Source: Phaeosaccion multiseriatum (lineage: Eukaryota; Protista; Ochrophyta, other classes). From it: a stretch of 64,000 nt of DNA. Shown here piece by piece: positions 10,404 through 20,545 of this stretch. Under the pieces are notes generated by a model. That model was given only the letters and a program-made list of their open reading frames with translations, had not been told where the DNA came from and made no database searches. A program made the position numbers and the translations under genes. The stretch lies in NCBI GenBank assembly GCA_965112735.1, contig OZ218950.1:4712001-4776000 (forward strand), given 5' to 3'. Each line of letters opens with the position of its first letter. Within the stretch, counting starts at the first letter, position 1.

Positions 10404-12611
10404 CCATCTCCTCGTCCACCTCCTCTTGTCGAAGACGCCGCTCTTTCCATGCCTCCCGGGCCGCAAGCGCAATGTGCTTTATCCTTTCCTCCGACGAATG
10501 ATGGCCTTCTGCGCCGTTTTCGAATCCCAGACTCACGAGGTCTAACACAAAGTCCGCGGGGTTGAAGGACGGAGGCATTCTGTGGTCAGGAAGGCGTGAG
10601 AGGCAAATCACAGGCAGTAGAGACGGGGGCAGACAGGGAGGGTACATGTAAAGAGGTCTGTACGTTGCGTGTACGTTTGCGTGTACGTATGCGCGCGTGC
10701 GTGCGCGTGTGAATCGTGGTTTCTTAGTACCTCTCTGCTTCATTTGGGCACAAAGGAGAGTGTGAGCAAAGAGGTGAGAATACAAGCGATGAAAATGGCC
10801 ACCATCTGAGACAAGAGCGGACTGGGGAGGCTACAGCGGCCCCCTCCCTCCCTCCCTCCCCCCCTCCCCCCCTGCCTTTCTCTCTCCCTCCCTCCCTCCC
10901 TCCCTCATTCACTCACGGGTAGCCCAAGCTAGCGAAGTGCCCCTCCAATTGGTCGGCGGCACCCAGGTACATGACTTGACCCCCCGCTAGGACCTGTTCG
11001 GAGTGTCATGCCGGCGAGAAGATCGAGTATCAGGTGCAAGTCGGTTGTTTGGTTGACAGACGTCCAAAGCGAGGCGCTGTCTCGACCAAGCCCCCCGTCC
11101 ACAAACTCTCCACAGCACCCGAAACCTGGCTTGGCTCTATTGCTCCGTCTCTCTCTCTCTCTCTCCCTCCCTACTCCCTCCCTTCCTCTCCTCACTCACC
11201 ATGACATCGTCAAACAGGGCGAAGATCGATGACCGCGGCTGATGCAGACACACCACGACGGTGTGCCCTTCCTGACACAGCACACGCATAGCCTGCATCA
11301 TCTGCTGGGCCTGGAAGCTGTCCAGTCCGCTGGTGGGCTCGTCCTTCGAGTTTGTATGTGTGTATGTGTGTGTATGTGTATGTGTGTGCGTTTGTTTGTG
11401 TGTGCGTGTGTGCGTGCGTGTGTGCGTGCGTGAGTGATTGGGACGAGCACAGGCAGCGGACAGGCAGCAGAGCAAAGAAACTTACTTATACTTACCACCA
11501 ACACCAAGCTTGGGGTCTCAAGCCCAATCAGCTCCATGGCCACCGCCAGCCTCCTCGCCTCCCCACCGCTAATCCCCCCTGCGGAGGACGCTCCTCCCAC
11601 CCTCGTATCGGCCGCTTGGGTCAGCTCCAGCCTGTCGATGAGGCTTTGCACCATTCTCTCCTGCTCCTCCCTGCTTGTCGATGCCAGCCTGCATGATGTG
11701 TATTCGTGTGCAGTGGGGGGAGAGAGGACGGGGTGGATGGGTGGATGGCAGTGGATGGGTGGATGGGTGGATGGGGGGGGCGCCGTACAGTTAGGCAGGC
11801 GGCAACGAAAGTCTTTCTAACGCGTACGTGTACGTGCATACGGTGGTGCCAAGAAAGAAGCTCCGCGTCCTTCCTCCTCCCCGAAGGCCGCAGGGTCACA
11901 GGGGGAGCAACACACACAAAATCTTTGCCCAGGTGGCATAACTGACCTCAGTCCTGCTCGAATCATGAGCGTTTCGCGCACGGTGAGGAAGGAGTAGAAG
12001 GCCTGCTTCTGGCGCACGTAGGCAAAGCGCTTCCCGCCTCTTCCGAGATTTTCCAAGTCGCTTCTGTGAGAGTGTGCATGTTGGCCGCCTGCTGCGTCGA
12101 AGCGGTCTACACCGTTGATGGTGACGGTACCTGTCGCACGCATACGGTTGGTGTACGGCACTTGGTTGGCAATTACATTCAAGAGAGACGTCTTCCCGCT
12201 CCCACTGGGCCCCATCTGCGGATCGAAGCAAATCAGAGAGGGGGGTGTAGCGTCAGAGAGAGAGGCAAGAGAGCGGGTCAGAGGGCAATGAGTGCACGGG
12301 AGAACAACACCACCAGGTACCTCTTACAAGCTGGCACTCACCAGCGCCAGCATCCTTCCGGGAAGTGCTTCCCCATTGACGTCATCGAGCACCTTGATTG
12401 GCCCCCCACCCTTGCTGCCCGTTCCAATCTCCATAGTCACGTCCTGGAAGACAATGTGCAGTGGGCTACCTCCTCCGGTGTCGCCTACCCCCCCTCCCCT
12501 GACGACATTCCCGGTTATCTCCGCTCCTTCTGAGGCAGCATTCGCCGGTCTTGCCGAAGCAGCACTACGTGAGCAGCAGAGCACAAGCGTAAGCACAAAA
12601 AAAAGCCACAT
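8959..12611 (-). CDS. ABCG (White-family) half transporter with hydrophobic N-terminal extension
   Basis: Exons approx. 12611-12342, 12215-11947, 11688-11496, 11343-11200, 10993-10917, 10579-10021, 9684-8959. Walker A GPSGSGKT, signature ISGGE, Walker B VLV|DEPTSGLDS, H-loop CLHQP, NPADF, then an ABC2 membrane domain (IERLDQGYHMASYWLSKVLAELP). Confidence 0.93.
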
Positions 12612-12842
12612 GCTCCTGTTTGAAGTAGCTGCACGGAACAACAGCAGGATAAGGCTTATTGGCACGGTCCTCGGCCGCTCCGCGAGGGAAGAGTGCCCGC
12701 GAAGGGAGGGAGGCAGTAAGCAGATGTCCTATTGTTCACACCATCCCCTCTGCGGCTTGCAAAATGTTATTGTTCCTCAGAGCCTCGATTGATCGAGGGC
12801 CGAAGAACCAATTGCTGACGTTGTGGACCTGTGAGATACAAT

Positions 12843-13030
12843 CGGCCCCAATCGGCCCCTGACATGCTTCTGAGACAAAAATAAGACAAGACAATAAAAC
12901 AACAGGCCAGCCCAGAAGCAGGAAGCAGGCCGGCTGGCGCCGGCCAGAAGCAGGAAGCAGCCTTGGCCCTCATCATTGCCTTATTACATGGCTTTCCCTT
13001 TCCCCCAGAACCTGAAACCTGCCTGCTCCT
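12843..13030 (+). repeat. Left arm of the inverted repeat pair flanking the LHC gene
   Basis: 12961-12998 is the exact reverse complement of 14821-14858 (38 bp). 12902-12924 is the exact reverse complement of 14881-14903 (23 bp). 12857-12874 matches 14904-14921 with one mismatch. Confidence 0.9.
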
Positions 13031-13352
13031 GGCGGGCGGCTTCAATGATCCCATGACGCGACGGACATTAAATGCTAGGCCCCGAGACAATTGGATGAAG
13101 GGCGCGAATAGGGAATTGTCATGCAAGTAAATTGTGATAACTAAAAATACAGATGCTCGACCCTGGGAAAGAAAGGGCGTGCACCGGCCGTAATCAGTAA
13201 TCAGACGGCTGGTCACCGGCTGTAATCAGCAACCAGGCCAGCTGCGCCGGTCGCCAGTGCATCAACTGATCATTCTCCCTCCTCCTCGATCCGTAAAGAT
13301 TTGTCTCTGAATTGTCTCAGAACATAAAACACACACAGACTGTGGTGTGTAC

Positions 13353-14006
13353 TTAGTTCCAGGTGTATCCGGCTCCGAGGAGGTCGTTGATGATGTAGGG
13401 GCGGCCGTTGAGCTGCTCGTGCACCATGAGGGCGAGGATGCCCATCTGGGCGGCGCGGCCGTTGTTGAGCTCGATGGAGCGCTTGCGGCTCTGGGTCTCC
13501 TCGTCCCAGGATGCCCAGGTGGAGTTCTCTCCGAACCTGTTCATGTCACCGGGGGTGGAGCCCTCCACCTGCTGCATGACGGCAACCTCAAGGAAGCCAA
13601 TGAAGGCGATCAGCTGGGCGGTACCGGCCAGGGGGATCTTGGAGAAGGCGGCCAGTCCGTTGGGCACGTCCGTGAACTTGATGTTCTCGGAGATGGACAG
13701 GTATCCGGGCAGGCGCACGTTTTGCTGCACAATGTGACCGAGGACGGCAAGCATGGAGATGCGTCCGTGCTTCACCTCGACGTATCGGAGTCGGTCGAAT
13801 CGCTCCTGGTCGGCGTCGTCGAGGAGTCCCAGAGGGTCGAAGAACCCAAGAGGTTCCTGGGCTCCCTCTGCGCTCTCGAATCCCATCTTCATGCTGCTGG
13901 AGCTCTTGGGGGCCTTGGCGACCGCGCTGCCGGTGAAGGCGGTAGGTGCCACGAAGGCGGAGGCGCACCCGAGGGTGGCCATGGCGGCGATGCATGCGGT
14001 CTTCAT
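13353..14006 (-). CDS. lhcf: Fucoxanthin/violaxanthin-chlorophyll light-harvesting protein (Lhcf/FCP type), plastid-targeted
   Basis: 217-aa intronless CDS. MKTACIAAMATLGCASA-FVAP bipartite presequence, GFFDPLG, RLRYVEVKHGRISMLA, ELNNGRAAQMG, C-terminal PYIINDLLG. A probable 5'-UTR intron has its acceptor at 14009-14010 and tandem GTAAG donors at ~14364 and ~14374. Confidence 0.97.
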   Translation of the reverse strand: MKTACIAAMATLGCASAFVAPTAFTGSAVAKAPKSSSSMKMGFESAEGAQEPLGFFDPLGLLDDADQERFDRLRYVEVKHGRISMLAVLGHIVQQNVRLPGYLSISENIKFTDVPNGLAAFSKIPLAGTAQLIAFIGFLEVAVMQQVEGSTPGDMNRFGENSTWASWDEETQSRKRSIELNNGRAAQMGILALMVHEQLNGRPYIINDLLGAGYTWN

Positions 14007-14520
14007 GTCTGAGGTAGACGAGAGGGAGGGAGGGAGGGGGACAGGAGAGGAGGCAAGGGCCGAATAATGGGACGAGAGGAGGGCGAAAAAGAAGAGGAGG
14101 AGAGCGGGAAGGGTGGGTGAGCAGAGAGAAGAGAGGGAAGCTGTGACGGATGCAACAGCGAGCGAGCGCCTATGCAAAGGCCCAGCTAGCGCCTTCTGCG
14201 GAGGCTCCCCTCATGTGAGCAAAGGTTCAGCACGAAAAGCGTTCGAAGGTTCTCCCAACGCCTAGGCGAGAAAGCATTCTTTTCTCCCCTCCCTCTCCTC
14301 CCTCACTCCCTGCTCCTCCCCTCCCCCCCCCCTCCCTCCTGCCTCGCTCGCATGCTGTGCTTACTTGTACTTACTTGTAGAGTTGGTGTATTATGCTCAA
14401 GTTGACTGTTGTGAGGGAGGATGGGGCTTGGTTGGGAAGACAGATACGTGTGTCAAGAAAGGAGGGAATTTCAATTTTCCCTCTCCGCACACACGTTTCC
14501 CTGACTTATTTTTACGCACT

Positions 14521-14530
14521 ATGACGTCAT
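14521..14530. promoter_or_regulatory. Palindromic ATGACGTCAT bZIP box (contains the aureochrome target TGACGT on both strands) upstream of the LHC gene
   Basis: Perfect 10-bp palindrome about 150 bp upstream of the putative 5'-UTR donor sites. Confidence 0.55.
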
Positions 14531-14734
14531 TCATTGCCTTATTTAGAAGGCGCGCCGTCAGGCGTAGCTACACGCAAGCCCGACTGGCGCCAAAAAAAAA
14601 GGCTGGCGCCGGTCATAATCAGGCCCGGTTGGCGCCATAATCAGTAATCGGGCCGGCTGGCGGAATCTAATCAGGCGGGCTACACCCTGTAATCAGATAA
14701 CCTTGTCCAGGGTCGAGTGGCTCTATCCTAGGGT

Positions 14735-14921
14735 CCCTGACATGGTTCTGAGGCGACCCTGGTTCCTGGTTCTGGTCGGCGCCAGCCGGCCAGGCAGGTT
14801 CCAGGTTTCACAGGTTCTGGGGGAAAGCCATGTAATAAGGCAATGATGAGGGCCAAGGTCGGCGCCAGCCGGCCAGGAGGTTCCTGCTTCTGGGCTGGCC
14901 TGTCTCAGAACCATGTCAGGG
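14735..14921. mobile_element. MITE-like non-coding element with perfect 18-bp terminal inverted repeats; also the right arm of the LHC-flanking inverted repeat
   Basis: CCCTGACATGGTTCTGAG (14735-14752) ... CTCAGAACCATGTCAGGG (14904-14921). A second, degenerate copy lies at 12843-13030. No clear TSD. Confidence 0.55.
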
Positions 14922-15348
14922 GCCGACTAGGGCCGGCTCAACCGCGGAGCCGGACCTGCACTTACCCCCCCGATCGGGCGGGGGAGTAAAAGGCTCTTCC
15001 CCTTCCGCCCGGCACGCTATTAGCTATATTGTTTTAAAGTGTGCCAAAAGCGGGGCCGATAGCTGAGCTTGTAGCGGGCCCCAGAGACACACATTAATTA
15101 TATATATATATAAACCACACAATTTCAGTTTCTCAACTTCCTCTTCCTCCCCCCCCTCCTCCTATTACCACTACTGTACACAGGATGTGGCAGAGACCAC
15201 CGACACAGACCAGACGGGTGTCTGAGTAATCTAGCAAAACCGCTGTCTTGGATGGAAGCGCGAACGAGAAGGGGGACAGATTGTTATAATAAGGTTAGGT
15301 TCAATGCCTAAGAGAAGACTCGCATCATCATCATCATCATATCATCAT

Positions 15349-17854
15349 CTATCTCTGGCTGTCGATGCCCGCTTTCCAGCCTGGCGCTTTCTCGAAGCCG
15401 TTCTTCCCCTCGAAGAAGTCGGTCATGGCCTGGTCGATCTCCCGTTGCGTGTTCATAACGAAGGGCCCGTGTTGGACCACCGGCTCCCCGGTCGGCTCAC
15501 CTATCGTGCCGAACATAAGAGAGGTGAGGTCAGAGAAGATAAACGTAACATCAGTTCAGCAGCAGGCAAACAAAACACACCACGCGTGCATGCAGTACTT
15601 TTCATGCCATCAATTGCCATCCATCCATTCACACCCGGTATTGTGTGCGTGTGCGTGTGCGTGTGTGCGTGTGTGTGTGTGGGTGGGTGGGTGGATGGGT
15701 ACGTGTATGTGTGTGTGTGGGTGCGTGCTGAGACGAGTGGCAAATGGCGCCTGCTACAGCTGGACAACCACACGCACCGGCAACGAGCACAAAGTCCGCC
15801 TCCTCGTCCGTGGTTCGGATGGTCACTCCATCGCGGCCCCCCTCGCTCCTGTCCAGGGTGATGGTGTTGTGTGGCCCAATCATGGTGTCCACTTCGCCCC
15901 CAACGCCCACCTTTATGTTGTGTAGAGCAGCAGCAGCGGCGGCGGCGGCCCGGGGGGGGGGGGAGATACGTTGTGTAGGGAGATACGAAAGGAGAAAGAT
16001 ACGCAAGAGGGGAGGGGAGGAGAGGGGACAAGAGTGAATGTCAAGAGGCACACCTGAGGGAAGGTCTGGTGGCCGACGAAGTCCAGAGTCAAGGTTGCCC
16101 TCCAAATAAACCGCGTCTCATGCAAGTCACAGCCAGCAAGCAGTACAAAAAGGGCGTCACGGCCAAGTTGTCGATGGATAGAGTTCGAACCCGAGACCCT
16201 CTTTCCTCTCTGTGCTTTCTCGGCTGCGCGTGCGTGCGTGCGTGTAAGCAGGTGTGTGCCGTACGATTACCTTTCCATTTAGAGTGTACAGGAAGGCGTT
16301 GAAGCCCTCAGGGATGACATGGTCAACCTTCTGATTGGCCTTCATCTTGTAGTGCACATAGTGCGTTGGGGTCCTGTGTGTGTCGGGGGGGGGGGGGGGG
16401 GGGGAGAGAGAAAGAGAGGGAGAGGCAGTCAGAGAGAGAGAGATACCGAGAGTGAACAGATAGAGAAGAGGGACATTACAACTTTTGAGCAGCAGCACTG
16501 GTGGTGATACAGTGATCTCACCTCGTGTAGACTGGGCTCGTCTTGTTCAACGCGGTTCCCGCGATGATGATGGCAGACACGCCCCCGTCCGGCGTGGTCT
16601 CTCGTGCCACGTCCTCGCTCTTGAGTTCTTGGTAGGCAGGGTCAACGAGCTTGTCCTTGCTCTTCAAGTTGACCCACAACTGAGAGACAGGGCGAGAGAG
16701 AGAGAGAGCAGTAGTAGCAGCAGTTGCATCGAGACGAGAGAGAGAGAGAAAATTGTGGAGGAGATGAAGGGGCGAAACGAGACAGCAAGCAGCACGCACA
16801 CGCACCTGCAGGCCGTGGCTTTTCTCCTTTCCAAAGGGGATTTCCTGTGAACAACAAAGCACAGTTGGGGGAGTAAGCATTCGGAGTCCTGACCCGACAA
16901 GGGAGGGTTGGACCTAACGTCGGCAGAGTTGGAAACGGGTAACGTTCACTCACGCTGTGGACGATGCCTGAGAGAGAGAGAGAGAGAGACCCACAGCCAG
17001 AGAGGACAGACAGAGAGGAGAGAACGAGAGGACAGAGCAAGAGAGGGATACAAAGGTGTCAGACTTGTCCTTCCTCTTCTTGATCTGCTCCGAACTCAGC
17101 GCCCGCCGTACCTTTGCCCGCCGTCATCCACTGCAAGTCTCCTGGGCCGATCTTCCCATAGTGGCCGCAGAAATCTTCATGTTGAAATGTCCCCTTTAAC
17201 ATATACGTAACCGTCTCAAACCCCCTGTGGGGATGCGAAGGGAAGCCCGCCGGCTGCGTTGGGAGGGTAGAGAAGAGGGTGGAACGGGGGAGACGGCGGT
17301 GGCGATCAGAGCAAAGTCTCCAACATCCTCCTCCTCCTCCCCCCTTTGCCTTGCCCACTTACGCTTCCGACGTTGAACTCGTCCAGCATGAGGAACGGGT
17401 CGAGGCTCTTCAGCTCCGGGCGGCCGATACTTCTCCTTACGCGGGCCCCATCACCCTCCCCTTGCTCGCGAGAAAGGAGCACCTGCGTCAACCAGAGACA
17501 TGACCAAGATGGAAGGTGGATGCATCCAATCGAGAGGCTGAGGCTCATGATACCTCCCACTCTTCAATCCTGTATGCTTTCCCTCGTGGGTGGATCCAAT
17601 CGATACGCTCAGGCTGAGGACATCGCCCACTCTTCAATCGTATATGCTCTCCCTCCTCCCTCCCTCACCTGGCCTACGCCCCTTGAAGAAAACGCAGAGA
17701 TGCTCATGCTGGCTGAGCAGGACCCTGACACAGAAGCACCGGAGGACGTGTGCACCGTTGAGGTCGCGACGAGGCTGCTTGTGAGGAGCGGATGAACTGT
17801 CTTGTGAAGGAGGAGAACAACAAAAGGCAAAGCCCCCCCAATTCGATAAAACAT
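15349..17854 (-). CDS. PIR: Pirin (bicupin) with N-terminal extension
   Basis: Exons 17854-17669, 17482-17363, 17253-17112, 16967-16954, 16844-16806, 16679-16522, 16373-16271, 15910-15778, 15500-15349. Motifs [64 protein letters not shown]. Confidence 0.95.
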
Positions 17855-18106
17855 GCACGTCTTTGTCGATGAGGTGGTAGAGTGGTTGCTTCGTGATCAC
17901 TAACGGAGGACGGGAGCAAGGGAGAACGGAAGATGCACCTCGAGGGAAGGGAGGAAGGGAGGATGGGAGAAAGGGGAATTGGGAACGACCGAAGAGACGG
18001 ATAGAGACGAGGTGCAATATGTAACGAAGTTGGTGATCCAGCCAGAGAGAGTTGGCGAGTGCGAGTTTTGCCGGCTGCAGCCCGAAGCCCCGCTCCCTCC
18101 CTTCCG

Positions 18107-19998
18107 ATGGCGTCCTGCTTCGACTTCTCTGCGCATACTCTGCAGCGGGGGCAGCTGCGCGTGACGCTGTGGGAAGAGGGCTTGCAAGGATGCGAGAGGG
18201 ACGAGAGGCAGGAGGGACGAGGAGAAGGAGAGGAGGGTAGGCGCCGGAAGCGGCGACGAAGAGGGGCGGGCGAGGAGGGAAGCGGCCAGGACCCCCTCAA
18301 CGCAGCTGATCTGACGCGAGAGCGGAGGATGAGTCACCCTTTCACGAGGCAGGTGGACCTTCTGAGAGAGATTCCAACGCCGAGTGCATCATCGACTTCA
18401 GGGACTTCGCAAAAGAAGTGGTGGTACTACCGCTGCACAGGTCCAATGGCCGCCCTGCTGGAGCCCCCGTTTCTCGAGGAGATTGTCCTAGGAAGGGCTG
18501 CCTCGCCGACCACCACCGGCAGCAGCAGCTCCAGCTCGGGCAACACGGCTCGGACCGGGAGACACTCAAAGGGGAGCTTTGCGTGTCAAGCGGAGCACAC
18601 CACCGGGGAGGAAGGAAACTCCTTTGCCATTGTGGATGGGACCCTGCTACTGTCCCTGGATAGACAGAGCTTCCAGCTCCTGGGCCTGCCGGGCGTGGCC
18701 ATGAGCAGCACGTTTTCGAAGGAGACGACGAAAAGTAGCCGGAAGAAGAGTAGCAGCAGCCGAGCCCGCCGGCCGCCACACACGCCGGGGGGATCCACCG
18801 TCAGCCGCTACGAGGCGAGCATTGACATGCGCGCGGACGCCTTCCGCCCGGGTAAGAAGCTGTACGAGCAGACGCTGCGGTGCCTGGGCCGGGGCCGTGT
18901 CAAGGACGTGTGTATGCTAGCGACATGGACAAGCGAGGCGGGCGTCTGCGAGGAGGTGCAGTTTCCGCGGGAGTTCATCGGTGGGTGGGTTGGGTGCGTG
19001 TGTATTGTGGGCTTGTGGAAAGCGCCGAAGTTTTGTGTCTGTCTGTTCCGTTCCTCTCTCCAGTAGACAGTAGCGTCGATGTGTGGTGGGGTATCGTGTC
19101 ACTGAACCCCCACCCCCCTCCCCTTATGCCTCATTGTTGCCTTCCTTCCTCTCTTGTTTATTCTATCCTCTATATCCCTCTTGTCTGTACTACCGGTGCA
19201 GTTGAGCGCGTGGACCTGATTCCGACGCTCAAAGTGCTGTCGCGAGTGTGTCTGCCGGAACTGAACTGGCGGCACTACTGTTCACCAGGAGGGAGGGGCG
19301 AGGAGGGGGCTCCGGCAACGGCAGACTCTCAGCCCAGTCGCACTGTCAAGGTGAAGCTTTTGGAGGACCTCTTTGAATGGCTGGGGGCTGCGGCGTGCGG
19401 GATCACCTCTCTGTTGCAGCGGCAGGGACGGGCATCGGCAGATGCAGAACAGGCAGAGGAAGAAGAAGGAGAAGAGGGAGGAGGAGGGCGAAGGAAACGT
19501 GGAGGGGGACGTAAGTCCATCATAGTGGCATCTGAGGAGGTGGAAGGCGACGCTGCCTCCTTCCTGTCCTCGTTCCATGTACCCAGACACCTTCACTTCC
19601 ACCCCAAGCGGACACTGCAGCGCGAGAGGTGGAGTGGCCTTGTGCCTGCGTCCCTCGTGGAGAGCCTGATCAATGAGCAGCAGGGGACGACGAAGGGGGG
19701 GAGGGGAGGGAGCGGCGGAGGCGACGGTGGGAGGAATAGTGCAGCAGACGCGTCTACAAAGTGGAGCGCCGTGTCCGTGTGGCCGCACGCCAATTCGCCC
19801 TTTGTAAAGAGAGCCACCACACCCTGTGGTACTGCTGTCGCCACTCCTCCCATGGCCAGCAGCAGCGGCAGTAGCAGTTGGTCATCCAGCACGGCGTGTA
19901 GCCCTTCCCAGGACATGTATGTGGTCGTGTGTGCCTCCCCCGCCCTCCGGTTCTGCGCCTTCCTGTCGGCCTTCTGCCCAGGTATGGTTGCGTCGTGA
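18107..19998 (+). CDS. RPP40: Ribonuclease P/MRP subunit p40-like protein
   Basis: Two exons, 18107-18980 and 19202-19998. Motifs DGTLLLSLDRQSFQLLGLPG, FRPGKKLYE, LFEWLGAAACGI and WSAVSVWPHANSP resemble Rpp40 family motifs. Confidence 0.75.
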
Positions 19999-20545
19999 CC
20001 AGACCACGTGGCGCAGGACAATGGGTCCACTCTCCTGCTGCTGCCTGGTGAAAAGTGGCAGGGCAGCTCTCCTTTGCTTCTCTGCTGCTACATACCTACC
20101 CAGCGGGACACACGTCTAGGTGTGTTGTCTCGTGTGAATGTTGCCCCTGGCCCTTGCCCTGTGATCCTTTTACACAAATCAGAACGAAACTTGCTCTTCA
20201 TCACTTCGTTTCATTTAACACTCGATCACTACTTTTTTTTTTTTTTTTAAACCCCCCATCACTGATGAGGGCACATGAATCCAGTCTTCTGGAAAGGAGC
20301 GTTGCTTCTTTGCGAAACCCCACGGCTTGCAAAGAAAGGAGACGCAGCAAATGATGGGACGGGGGCCACCCAACCAAACGAGGAAAGGGGTGCCAATCGT
20401 CGATTTCCAAACCTTGATCATCCTTTGCCAGATTCGAGCCTTTCGTGGGAAGAAATTTGAAACTTGCCTCAAAAACCTCCAATCGCCACCGCGGCTCCAT
20501 GATCGACCCTACTGTAACAAGTTGTGCACCTCAATACTGCTCTTG

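Noticed and set aside
13347-14012. 221-aa + strand ORF over the LHC gene
   Set aside because: Antisense shadow caused by strong GC3 codon bias.
14007-14177. 57-aa N-terminal extension of the LHC ORF
   Set aside because: Lies in a polypyrimidine-rich 5'-UTR intron; the true start is the ATG at 14006, before a canonical signal peptide.
17510-17660. Degenerate ~75-bp tandem duplication in pirin intron 1 (similar short duplications at 31604-31696, 42387-42450 and 63505-63605)
   Set aside because: Ordinary local duplications with no coding or structural signal.
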